Shown one piece after another: positions 36,301-50,674 of a DNA stretch of 64,000 bases. Both the position numbers and the translations under genes were made by a program. The notes under the pieces are model-generated. The model saw nothing but the letters and a program-made list of their open reading frames with translations, did no database searches and had not been told where the DNA came from. How positions within the stretch are numbered: position 1 is the first letter of the stretch; the number at the start of each line of letters is the position of its first letter. Source of the stretch: Saccostrea cucullata (Eukaryota); contig NW_026930741.1 in assembly GCF_032062105.1 (NCBI RefSeq), positions 62,001-126,000 of the forward strand. Direction: 5' to 3'.

Positions 36301-39300
36301 AAATGTGTTTCAGACACTGAAAAGAATACATGTCATACACAAGAGTTTCAAAATAATGAAATAATCTAATTACAGAAAAGGAGCCATCATGCCAAATTTT
36401 GACATTTTTGAAATTTCCATTTCGGAAATCCAGTCCTTGAACATCAATGGGACTCTAATGATGCAGTTGAACAACAGTATAATGTCACTGAGTAAAGCAA
36501 TGAAAGAAGCGCCGATTGAATACCCAGACAGTCTACCTATCCACAGAATAAGACATAAGCTTCGTGAAGCTGGAGCTGACTATCATGATATAGCCAGTGC
36601 AGACAGGTTAACGCTTGTGGATAAACTTCTCACGAAGCCTTTAGAAGGTAAAGAATCCATATTTCTTAAAAAAAAAAAACACTATTCAATACAAAGTCTT
36701 TAGATCCTTCTCATTTGACATTTCTTTTTCACCATTACTATGATTAACTCCAGTAAAACTGTTTCAATAATCTTTTAAGAGTGCCCATCTTTCCTGGATT
36801 CTGTTGCTTTGGAGTATGGACACCTGTGTGATGCCCACAGAGACTGTCTGGGGTTGACTTGTGGAGCGGTGTTTAAAGAGGGATATCAGAGACACCTTAT
36901 CAAGTTAACTGTTCGCTGGAATCAATGTAATCAAAAGTTTGAAGTATCAATGGACGGAATGAAGCGACTCACTCATGTCTCAATAAACGGTAAACCAGTG
37001 TAGTTTAGGAACATATTTTCATTTGCTTGTTTCTTTTCTTTAATGATTTTTGAGGAAAAACTGAAAGAGGCAAAGTCTATTTTTATTAATCTTTATTCCA
37101 GAAACAAAGGAACTTCCTTTCACACTTCATGGCGAGACAAGTAAAGATATAATTTTTCTTATGTCTGTGACTGCTCGGAATCTGACCAATGGGACGACTT
37201 ATTTTTTTAACATGTCAGGATCATTGTGTAACTCCGACTATTTTTCATGCTACGCTGACGTATACATACTGTCCAATTTACAAATGCACAACACCTCAAC
37301 TGATCACTGCAAAGGACAAGGTAAAGAACTGTTAGATAACAAACGATATCTTGATACGCTTTTCTGTATTTTCATATGTCTTTAATTATACAAACACATT
37401 GAATACAAACATATTTTCATCTATGATACACTGTAGTATCTGGGTTTGATGGAATTTGTTATGTTATCACTACAGGTGACTATGACCCATACATCGCAAG
37501 AATCCGTGCATTAAACCTACAGGACCTTATTGAGGAAACCTCTGAGTTTGGTCTAGATATCCATTCACTGTTAATTCTGGTGAATAAGCTGAGAGAGGAA
37601 ATAATCAAAGAGGTAAAGAGCATTACATAAAGACAGAAACGAAAAATAATGAACTTTCAAAAAAAAAATGTATATGATGAAAGACAATGTATGATTATTC
37701 ATGAACTTTACATGTAAATTACACATTGACAAGAAAAGAACAAAAGGTATATGCATATTTTTATGTAATTGTTCATCCTCCAGGTTACGACAATTCAATT
37801 TACATCAGAATGCCATTGATCCTGATGCTATGGAGAACGCCTTTCCAGCGGCAATGGATCTCAAAATGAGCAAATTTATGCCTCTTGGTCACATAGATAT
37901 TACGATATTTGAAATCAGCTTTCATTTTATGGTTGGACCCATTCCACTCGAATTATGTAAGTTTGAAATGGATCTAAAAGACGTTAGAGATATTTTAACG
38001 CAACTAAATTGACATACATTCAGAATGGAATGCAACTGCCTTTAAACATATGTAGTTCAATTATACTTTGATATTTTACAATACTTCAAAAATGATTTTT
38101 GAAAGGACATCGTTTATTTTTACAAATGTCCTTGATTTCAAAATGAGAATAGGTTGTGCTATTTAATAGTATAATAGTACTATTTAAAACATAATTATAC
38201 TATTTTTTCATATATGTTTTGGATTTTGTCTTTTCTTTCTCGTTTAAGCCTTTGGAGCAGGAGCAAATATTGGAGCAGATTTAGAAATTTCATTGGCATT
38301 AATGAGTTTGCAAGCCAACGTATGTATATCATCTGTTGATTTTTATGCATCAAAAAGAGGTTTTATTTTACGAGGATACATTATCTAAAAACTCATTTTT
38401 ATCCTCTATATAACAGTTAAGAATAAGTTGTGTCATATCCAAGTTAATAGAAGATACTGATGACATTTAAAAAAAGCATTACCTCATGATCAATTACCAT
38501 AAACATCTGTTTGCAGGGCACGGTTATTCCTCGCATTGGGGCAATTGTTTGGGGTGAACTTAATGTGGACATTGGTATTGCTTATGGTGGAATTCGACTA
38601 GAGGGACACTTAGTCCAAACATCTTTTCCAATAACCATTTCACTAACATTTTCTAAGTTCCCAATTGCTACAGTGTAAGTTTAAACCACACAAAATCTTT
38701 AATTCTTAAAATCTATATTTTCCTAATTAAGGGATACTTAATTAACCAATAATTATCAAATATATCTCAGATTCAATGCTTAATTAACCAATTATTAACA
38801 AATATATTTCAGATTCAAACTTGATTTGGTACTTGTGCCTCTAGAATTGAGACTTAAAGCATTCGCAAAAATCAGACTTTTCTCTATAACTGTATTTGAT
38901 GCTTGCATATGGAGATACAAAATGAATACAATAAAGAAGAACTTGATTACGAAGGAACACAATAAAAAAGACGATTCCCCACCAAATATTTCGCATGTTT
39001 CTCAAAATTCGAGACGCAAGAGAAGTGGTGAAGGTGGTTGTGACATAACTCAGTTTAAAAACAGAGATCCTACTGATCCGGCTTTTCTTCTGGAAGTAAG
39101 TGCTGATGACGAGGTTAGTGACGTCACCCTCACGTATGCAATCGGGACACACAGAGGTGGATCTAACGTTGTTAATTGGACGGGAATGAAAGGTTCCTCT
39201 TTGACAGCACCTGTTACTTTACCAAATGGTATTCCTCTGTATTGGACAGTGAAAGCTCAAAACAGCAATGGAGGCACTGCGGTTGTCGAGTGCTCTTTAA

Positions 39301-42300
39301 ATACTTATGATAACACCATACCTGATGGACGAATCGAAGCTTCATACCCATTTACCAGTCATCCAAACCTACTTTCAGGAACAGTAATTGTCTTCGATGA
39401 TTCCAAACTCATTGAAACACATTCACATAGTGTTGGGTTTTCTCATGGGGAGTTAGGAAATGAAGTTGTAGACTGGGATCTTCTTCTCCTTCAGTCCACC
39501 CATAAAAGAGAAGGATCAAATGACAGACATCTTCAATATTTCACTGTTCCAAGGGAAGGAAAATTAACTTCAATGTTTATGAGAAGAACAAAAGTTAATT
39601 CTGCCGATGAATGCGCTGAAAACTGTCTCAACTATGGAGACAAATGCATTTCGTTTGATTTTGAATTTCATACTGAAACTTGTGACCTCCAATCTGTTAT
39701 TGAGGGACCAAATGCTGAACTAAGAATAAGTGGAACGTACAAGAACTACGAACGATTAGGACTGGGCTATGATGCATTTGTGTCGTACAACATATCCCTT
39801 CAACACGGGGTGATATACTTCATTAACGCAGACGTAACAAATGACTTAGGATACAAAGCATTCATTACATCTAGGGGGACTATGGTTGACTACACTCCAC
39901 CTGAGCCGGTCAATGTTGGAAATGCCACAAAAGACTACGTGAAAGCCGATGCTTGTAATGCTGCAATAACACAAAGATGTGTTGATGTTACCACAAATCC
40001 TAACCACAGGTGATTTTAGTAAAAATTTGGAGAAGCAATAACAAGCAATGAAATGAATTACAGTGTATAATGTTGTTGATCTTTGCTCTTTGTTGCAGGC
40101 ATATCATAGACGGCCCAAACGCAAGTACTGTATTTAATGGACACGAATCTTTGAAGGAGACGTTATATACTATCACCAACCATTTTGTTTCAGGTAATTA
40201 TACAGGCACCATTAGGTATTTTTATAGGAAGTTGTACGAAAAAAAATATTTCATACTTTAATTATGTTAAACAATTTTTTTGTTTTTGCAGCTAATTTTG
40301 ACAGTTTTGTGGATAAAGAGAGTGGGATTTTCGGTTACACGTGGGCAGTAGGTAGACATATTTGTGGAACTGACATTTCTCCTTTTGCTGACCCCCATGC
40401 TCACTTATCAAGTCCAAAGTTTTGGACTAATACCGGTTACGCTAGAGACGTACACCTGTCTGATGGTCAGTATTATGTCACTGTGCAGTCACTGAACAAT
40501 GTTGTGCATGGCGGATCTCTTGTCACAACGGTTTGTCATTCTGTTCCATTAACCGTCGATACTTCACCTCCAGAATTTAAAGGCTTGACAGATATTATAT
40601 TTGATGAGGATTTTAACTTGATGGCCATCTATTTTGGTGCGGAAGATCAATTATCAAAGATTGCAAGAGTAGACTTTGGACTGGGAAAAACAAAGCATGA
40701 CGTGGAAGTACGAGGATATTCGAAATTTGACTACAAGCAGACGGAAAATCCATACATTGTCATTAAAGACCTGAATTTAACTGATGGGGAACCGGCTTGG
40801 ATTCGCCTACGTGCTGTAAACAACGGTATGCAAGATGTTAATTAATGGCATACTTTCTCCCTCCTTTTTCCTTTTAGAAAGCATGTTAAGCCGCCTTATT
40901 CGTAATGATTTTTTTTTCGATAAATGAATGCATAGGTTAAAGGGTACTGCATATTTTCCTTCATATATCTTTTTTTAGTTGAACTTTTTACCGCCGGTCA
41001 CAGTGATGACCCCATCTTAATTGATAGAACGAAACCATATCCAGGTAAAGTTTTGGATGGCTCCACCCTTGATGAGGATGAAGCATACCAATCAAAGACT
41101 AATGAGATATGTGCAAGTTGGAAGGGATTCTATGACCCTGAATCAGGAATCAGTCAGTATGTATGACAAAGTAGTTATTTTTGTCCTACTTTTCCCCTAT
41201 TCGAAAAACAGAGATTGATTGATTTATTGAATGTTTTTAACGTCCCTCTGGAGAATTTTTCACTCAAATGGAGAAGCCTGAAAAGCAGAGATGAAGAGTA
41301 TAAAATAATTTTTGTCAGATACACCTGGGGAGTTGGAACTGAAGCTGGAAAAGATGACATCGTCAATTTCATTGTTTTGTCTCGTGATGTCAAAGAAAAA
41401 TGTTCCCAAGCCAATTTGACCCATAACAAAAAATACTATAGCACAGTTGTGGCCAAAAATAGTGCACTCAATCCAAAGACTATAAAATCCTCATCTGATG
41501 GAGGTATGCTTCGAATATTGGACTTGCTAGCTCAATTATGTTTTAAAGCTGTCCTTTTTTCTTTGTTACTATTAAAAAATGTATAATTTATTCCCTTCTT
41601 GTAGTTTTGATAGATACAACATCACCAGTCACAGGATACGTAAAGGATGGCGATAACCCGGCAGAAGATATCGAGTTTTCGTCAGAAACTGCAGAGCTTG
41701 CCGTTAACTTTGGGGGGTTCAGAGATCCAGAGAGTAGTATTGCTGCGTATGCTATTCATGTGTTTGTCAACGGCGAGAAAAGACGATCATTTCAAGCAGG
41801 ACTTTCCACAACATTTAAAGACTTCTCGATGTCCTTTCAACAAGGCGATCATGTTATTTCCCAAGTCACTGCTAGAAACAAGGCTGGATTGGAATCATCG
41901 GTTATATCCTCAGGCTTCGTAGTAGACCTTTCCCCTCCTGTCATTAAGTTTATTTACTCGTCTAAAGAAGGGAGAAAGTACCAAACTGATAATTCTAGTT
42001 TATCTCTTTCTTGGTTGTTTATCGATCCTGAATCTGGTATGAAACTGTATAGGTATAGAATTTATGATTTTTATCAAGGAACGAAAACACCTAAAACGAA
42101 AGAATTTGCAACAAATATGACATCTGTGAAACTGCCTCTGCAGATGGCAGAAGGCCATAGTTATTCTGTAAAGGTAATCGCAATAAATAATGCAGATATG
42201 CCAATCTCCCAGGAATCTGAAGGTGTAATGATAGACACATCACCACCGAAAATACGAGAGGTAAACTTGTGAAATTGTCGTTAAAAAGATATCAAATTTT

Positions 42301-45300
42301 AAAAGTAAAGCTTTTTTAAAATGATATGTAAATTTTATTTTTCAGGTCCACGTTGGTTTAATAAACGTGCCAGAAGATACCTTTGATAATGGCACGGTCA
42401 TGCATGCGGATGAAAAGCGAATTACTCTCAGTTTTCGAGCACTAGATGCTGAAAGTGGTGTTTCCAAGATTTTTGTTGCAATTCTTTCAGAAGGAAGACA
42501 AGCGAGTCCCAATGATTATCGTTCCTATGCATTCTCCCACACAATAGATATTGAAAAGTAAATCATTTAAATCTTGAGTTTCACAAAAGTTTAGGTTAAA
42601 TATTATGCATAAAAATGAGTAAATCAAAAATGTTGTTAGTACTTTATATACATTTTGACAACACGTTTGAGAGGTTTATTTCTTTGTAAAATTTATTATA
42701 TATAGTAAACGAAAAAAGAATAGGATAAAAAGTAAAACTATATTTTCTTCAATTATTTGTTATTTGTTTGACATTAATGTTACTTTAACTAATTTTTTGT
42801 TCTTATTTTCCTAGTTTAAAATTAATACCCTCCAACGTGTACCGAATTTTTGTTATTGTTGAGAATGGCGCTGGCATAAATTCGACAATAAATAAAGAGA
42901 AAACAATCTACATCATGAAGAAGAATATTCCCGGAACAGTTTTTGATGGAAGACAACTTTTAGTGGATGAGGACTTCACGGAAGACAGGACATCTTTAGC
43001 GATGTCTTTTGTCGGTTTTAAAAGCGAAAGTTGTAACATTGTGAAGTATGAGTGGGCTATAGGTTATCAACCTTTTGTATACGATGTTCTACCGTTCACT
43101 GATTACGGTATTGTCATGCATAATGAAAGTTTTGGTCAAGGCCAAATGCACCTTCGTTTATACGAAGATTCTACATATTATATTACCGTTCGGGCTAGAA
43201 CAGGTTATAATTGCAAAGTTGGACAATATATCGTTTCAACTTCTGACGGAATAAAATTGGACACAATACCTCCAGAAATAAAGATAATCGAGTTTGGAGA
43301 AAAAATCATTGATTCCGATCTGAAAGGAGAAACTCTTTATCTAGATCGAACTGATGCAGCGTCAGTCCGTTGGAATTCTTCAGACTCCTCGGGTATAGCA
43401 GAAACATGGTGGTCTATCGGAACGCTGCCTGGAAAAGATGATCTTCACCAAAGAACTTTCACAAGAATAAATTTCATTCCGGCTGGAGCAGCATCTTTCA
43501 CAAACGGTCAAACTTTCTATCTTAACATTGGCGCTACAGACAATGCCAGGAACAAAAAAATTGTTACTTCACCAGCTATCACTATTGACATTACGGCTCC
43601 AGTCATCACGGATTACCATTGCACCCCGTTTATATCAGATAGAAGATCTCTAGTGGAATGCCAATGGGGAATGGTACAAGATCAAGAAAGTATGATCACA
43701 AAAGTATTTGTTGGTGTAGGAACGAATGAAACGGTCCCTGATATTTCTGAATTTCATGAAATTCCAATGCTGAAGAGAAACTGGATTCGAGATATGCACA
43801 CCAAACTTAAAAACAATTTAGTTTCTAAAATTTATATAATTATAAAGGTAATCAATGGGGTTGGTTTAATTTCTGTTAAACCTTATGAAATAAGTGTAGA
43901 CAGAACACCACCCGAGAAAGGCCGAGTTGAAATTATCACTTCACTTGACCTGGACCAGCCGCCAAACAGACAGTTATGCCAGATCCCTCAAACATTTATC
44001 GAAGTAAGGACTTTTGGTTGGATTGATAAGGAATCGGAACTACTGAGGTATCGTATTTTACAATAAATTGATAAATGTTTTTATGACACCATGTCTTTCT
44101 ATAATTCTACCGTGATTAAAAAGATAAATAGCACAAAATTGATTTCATTATTTCTTACGTTAAATCGATTCTGAAAGACCTCTTCAAAGGAAAACAATCT
44201 TAATAGTTCATTTTATTTTCAAGGTATGAGGTTGCCGTTGGAACGAATGGCAAAACGACAAACATAAAAGATTTTATAACCCTTGAAAATCCAGAGAAAT
44301 TTTTGATCAACGGTATTTTTATGCCTGAAGGAAGTAAAGTCTACGCCACCGTTCGAACCTTCAACAAAGCTGGATTATATGGTCAAATGAGATCAGATCC
44401 AGTTGTGATAAGTTCACAGCCTTCTCTAATGGTTATCGATGGGCCTTCAGATGAAGATATTGATTTCCAGTCATCGTTGGGTATTCTTCAAGGACGATGG
44501 ATATATTCTGATCCATGTAATATCATCAGTGCTGAATGGTCAGTAGAAATGTTAGATGGTTCAATTTTTAAATCGCCATCTTTAATCCCAAAAGGTTTGA
44601 CTCATTTCTATTCTGATTTAGTGACTCTTCAGAATGGAATAACATATATTAACGTCATCAAAACAACTGATGCTTTAAATAGAACGAGAATCAGTAGATC
44701 GAATGGGGTGGCGGTTAAAATACAGCCACCTATTCCTGGCGATGTTCGTGATGGTATTCAGGAGGATCTAAACTACCAAGAGTCAGTAACATCTTTAAGT
44801 GCTAACTGGGATGCATTTGGCAAAAGTTTGAACTCCAGAGACCCGACCCAGCAAATTGTATATTACGAAGTGGCCATTGGAAACGACAGGCGTTTTCCAA
44901 ATACGAGAACGAACGTTCATTATTTTGAAAACGTAGGCCTTAACACTACATATACATTTACTGGGCTAAACCTTACCGCCAAAATTGTCAAATACTATAT
45001 CACTGTACGAGCAATGAGTCGTGCTGGGAGTACACAGGAAAGTTATTCTAATGGAATCCGTGTAGGGTATAGAAACGAAATAATTCCTGGGGAAATCGAG
45101 TCTTCAAATATACAGTCCTCTACTTCCGATCTTGCTGTTTCTTGGACTGGATTCCAGGCTGACATGGGTATAGACTATTTCCGCATTGGATTAAGTTCAT
45201 TTTCCCCCAGTCTACCTAACGGAACTCTAAATTGTGTAGAATTTAATAGCATTTTACCAGAACTTGATCAAGTACCAGTTTTTAAGGTCGAGAGAGATAC

Positions 45301-48300
45301 TTTTTTCCAATTTAAGAATCTGCATTTAAAACATAATCACAACTATTTTGTTACTGTTGTGGCAACGGATGTTACTGGGCGTTGCATCGGCGTGCATGGT
45401 GATCCTATTCTTATAGACACCACTCCTCCAAAGCCGGGAGGTATTTTTGTTGAAGGTAGCGAGGGTGATAATGTTCTTTACTCAACAGAACCTGATCACT
45501 TTTTACTTGAATGGGATCCTTTCCAAGATAAGGAAAGCAAAGTTAAATTATACGAAATATCAATCTTCAGCACAATGGCTTGCTCTGATAAAGATGCAAA
45601 AAATGCGGAAACATCTGATTTTTATACTCTTGTGAAAGAGGATCGCGTTGAAAATGATAATAAAATTGTTTTCTATGACTTAAAACTTGAACCAGGAGTT
45701 TCCTACATTGGACGAGTAAAAGCTTGGAATGAAGCAGGCTTGGAAGCAAACATTGTTTCAAAACATATTCGATTTGATTTCTCATCTCCTATGCCAGGAG
45801 CAGTGAAAAGAGGAAATAGTTGGTTCAAAGAACTTTCATTCCAACCATTCACTAGTCACGTGGACGGACTGTTTGGTATATCAAATCCTTCAAACAATGC
45901 TCCCTTTAGATGTGAATCTCAGGAAGTTTTGGTTCCTTTTGCAGATAAAAAGAAATCATATTCTATTTTAGATGATCAATTTTCTCCCAAGTGTATTGAA
46001 ACAGATGGAAACAAAATAAGTTTGTTAATTCGTCACGATGATAATTTGAGAAGCGTTATCAAGGGAGGAATTTTAGTGGAAAATAAAGATTTACGAAATG
46101 GCAATTACACTGTTAACATTAAATCTGTGTTGGGCCTTAATATGGTCTCTACAATATTCTTTGGATCGGACAAAGATTCAGTTGTATCCAACTTTGAATA
46201 TACACCAGAAAAGAGAGTTAACTCATCTTTTAAAGAATGGAATGATAAATCTGATTACCGGAGTAAAAATATAACGAATTCTGTTGATAACGAAAACCTA
46301 ACCATGACAACAGAAAGTACCCACATTAGCAAGTCATGGACAACACAAGACTCTCTCAAACAAGAGGACCCTGAAAATAATGAAAATGCGATGAACAAGT
46401 CTAAAAGAAATTCCATGAGTATTGGAAAGGAAGGAGAATACAGCTTCGGCGTCCACCTTCCTGGTTATCAGTTTGATGATAACTGGGTCGCTTTCTTTTG
46501 GATAAAGGACAAATATAGATCTGAGGTAAAGCAAGTTGTTCTCGAATATAACCCTACTTCATCAGGGACAGAATTTTCTTTCAGCACAGCAAAAAATGAA
46601 CTGGCTACACACACAACATGGGGATTGCGATTTTTCATTAATGGTGTATTGAAGGGGGAATACAGTGGTTTGAGACTTTCAAGTGAAGGGATAATGGGCA
46701 TTTACAATTGGAATAAGGATAACTACTTTCCACCAATTTCAGACCCCGACTTTCCTGTTGCCTACAAATCAGTTGCTGTTATTTCTGACCTTAAAATACC
46801 TTTACCAATGGAAAAACCGTGTATGCACGGCTTACCCTTTTCAGACACCGAGAGTGGAATAAAAGAGATTTTTGTTGGTCTGTCGGATACCAAGAGCACC
46901 AATAACACTGCATCAATTTCTCCGTTCACCAGATTTAAAACTTTTTGTAAACCCTGTAAATCCGATTGTAACATTGATTGTGATTCTTTATGTAAAACTC
47001 ATCAAGCAGATTTTAATATTTTGCCTTTTACCATAAATAATGTAAATCTGCAATATGCAACAATCGATAAAACAGATATCAAAGCCAATGGATCCAGCTT
47101 CCATGCTCCGACCTATTACATTAATGTGAAAGCGATTAATTATGCAGGACTGGAAACCGTTGTTTCTTCCGATGCTGTTATGGTGGACATTTCTCCACCT
47201 GTTCTTGATTTTGTTCGTTGCCTTGATCCTTCAGACTCCATGGACGCTCCTTCACTTTTCCAGGGGACAAATAAAAGTATCGCTGCGTACTGGGATGGCT
47301 CTGAAGACGTTGGGGATATCGTAGCGTATAATATTTCCATCGGAACAACTCCAGGTAAATCTAAAAAAAAACATTGATATCAATAATACTTTTAAATGAA
47401 AGGTAACAAGGTAAAATAAAATGTTATTTTTTGAAGGTGGAGAAGACATATACAATAAAACAGGAGTTGGTTTGGCTACGAAGATAAAAATTGATGACCT
47501 AGATGGTAAACTTCTTCACGATCATACTTACTTCATCACAATAACAGCGATTAACTCTGCCGATTTAACGGCAACGAAAACGTGTAACATCACGGTAGAA
47601 ACCAAAGCCCCTGATATCAGTGGCCTGAAGGTTAAACTTCTGTTTGGTAAATCAAGAAGTCAAGGTCGCTTCACAACTGAAAATAGTAGAGAACTTGGAA
47701 TAACATGGACAGGTGGAAAGGCTGATGTGGAATTTTATGGTAGGATATGGTTTCTAAATTTGAAGAATCGTTTAACAATTATCTTGAAATTCATTATTTG
47801 ACTTTTTTTTAAAATTTAAATTGAATTTTGTTAAAGAGTGGCAAGTTGGATCTGTGCCAAGGGGAGATGACATATTTCCACGGGTGAAGATAGGATTAAA
47901 AAATTCCAAGAAAGCTGCTATTGAGAACGGGGAGCTGCGAATTGATGACAAATCATTAAATGCAACTGTTGGCGAATACGCAAAACGGAATTGGACAGAA
48001 GAAACACTTAAAGAAGCCAAAGCAAACACTTTCTTCAATATGGAGCCAGGGCTTTGTCTCTATATTACGTTGTTTGCTGTAGGGAGGTCTCACTTATCAA
48101 GTTCCAGACAAATTGAGCCATTCTGTATAAAACGTATGTTAACCAAAATTCTTTTTTTTGGGGGTGAATTTTCGTGAGGATGAATGATAATGAATTCTGA
48201 TTAATATTCAAATGTACATAAAAAGCTTTTATGCTTTTATTATCTTTCATCAGGCAACGAAGACAAAGAATTTACAGTACATAAAAGACGCAGAACTTCG

Positions 48301-50628
48301 AATCAAATTCATGTTGGAAGAAATCTTGAAATCAACCCAAATGGTATAACGCAATTTGAAATCATTTAAATTTTGAAATTTAAACATATTATATAAATAA
48401 TTGATAAATAAAAAAAAATTAAGGAGGAGCTTATTTCTAAAGTAATCTTTTCTCTCTTTTTTAGCTATATTTTCGGTTTTTATTTAATAGTAAACTTATC
48501 ACGTTATATTGTCAATTATAATTTGTGCATTGATTAATCAATGAGACTGATAATAGGCGGTGTTCTGAGTGGGATTCTAACAGAGAAGGACTACACAGAG
48601 GAGTACGGGTCTGCTGCCTCCGGAAGTTACATAAGATACATTGTGAACCCAACAGAAAGATTTTCTGATACCTCTCGATTTCTGAGGAACAGGTTAACTT
48701 TGAAAACTAATATAAATGAACTATTTAAGCACTTTAAGATATCTCAAATCAAGTTTAAGTTTCAAGATAGTACTCAGTACACGAAATATATGACGTCCGA
48801 AAATAATTCTTGTCACATGCAAATTATCTAACAATTTATTGAGAAAAATCTAGTCTAAGAAAGTTTGTAAATCAAGATCACGTAAAAAAGAAAATGACTC
48901 CTAGTCCCTTTTTTAGAATCCTTTCGAACACAGGACCTTCTTTTTATATCACACCCACAGAGGAATTGGTGGATGTCATCACAAAAATTGCCGTAAACTC
49001 CTCCGATTTTGATATAAATATGAACATTCCAGCTCTTGTGTATTGGGATAGAGGTGAGTTATCCAATCTTTCCTGGCTTTGTGTTTATCTGATAGATGGA
49101 ATGTTATTTCAAGCAACTCTATCCTTGTATACCTGGATAGAGATAGATTGCTCAAATTTAAAACAGTACAGTTATCACTTGTGTTGATATAAATATCAAT
49201 TGTTCAATGCACGGCTTACTCTGTTCCTTAGAAATACAGAAATGGGTCTCCGTTGAGGAAATGTGCAAGGGTTCAAACATCCCTACAAATATTCTTGATA
49301 CATTGGTATGTTCAAAAACTATTTTATTTCACTTATCGTTTTTAATGTAATAAGACACATTTTGTACATTGAGATGATGTAATTATTGAATTATATTTGC
49401 CTCAGGTCTGCTCTAAAGTATTCCAAACAGATCTTAGAAGAAACAAAAGAAGTACAGGCAATAAAACATTGGAAAGCCATCCTCGAATGTTTACAGTAAT
49501 GAAAATCAAAAGAGATGCACAAAATAACAAACCGATCATTACCACAAACGGTCCTCTGCACTACCTGGAAGATAATACAACTACTGCTAAGGTTCTAATA
49601 GAATCCTATGATATTGAGAATGACAGTTTGCATTATTCTATAGAAGAAAACTCTAGAAATGGTCAAGCTAATATATCATTAGACGGTTGGTTTATTTATG
49701 TTCCAAACGAGGATTTCAGTGGAAATGACTCTGTAAAGATATGCGTAACCGAAGTAAATGTATCGTCACCGTTTGTAGCAACAAAATCCTGCAAGGTCTT
49801 TGACATTGAAATCGATCCTACAAATGATGATCCCACAATAGAATTCCATCCTCATTTTCCACTAAATTCTAGTGGAGATACGCATACAATTGTTTTTGAG
49901 GGAAATATCACAAGAGATAATATATATGGAATTATCTCGGCCGATGACGTTGATAAAAACAATAATTTAACAATCAGGCTGATAAACGATTCCGCAAGCC
50001 AACTTTCTTCATTCAAGCTGACAAAATCTGGGACTAACCGCATTCAAAGTTCTCACTCAAGTTCTCATGTTGAAATGTATCTAAGTCACCATCTGAGTAA
50101 AGAATTTAGTGGCCTCAGTGAAGTTGGAATCAGAGCCCATGACGACCAGCTTGACTCTCGAAATCTGTATGGCTACAGTAAAGAGATAACTATCCAAGTT
50201 TTTGTTTTGAAAAATCCTTGTGTTCACGGTAAATGCATAAACTTAACAGAAACGTCTTGCACTGATTCATCACGTGCATATAGTTTCCATAATTTTGCCT
50301 GCGATTGTAGCCTTGGTTACGATGGACAATGGTGTGAAACTGACATTAATGAATGTCACCCAAACCCCTGTTCGGTCTTTTACGACTGTGAAAACTTAAT
50401 TGGTCGGTATGAATGTGTCTTGAATGGTCCTAAAACCTTTGGACTAGCGATAGGATTCCTCTTCATCATTGGTTTCCCCGTCCTGTTATTCTGGAGACAT
50501 GTGAAAAAGCGTCGACCCAGTAGCAAAGTCTCTGACAGTATGTTTCTCCCACCATCAAATAGAAGGTAATCTATCACATCCACAGTATTACATGTACATG
50601 AAGAAATTAAATGCAATTTCTAAATACA

Positions 50629-50674
<46 letters not shown>

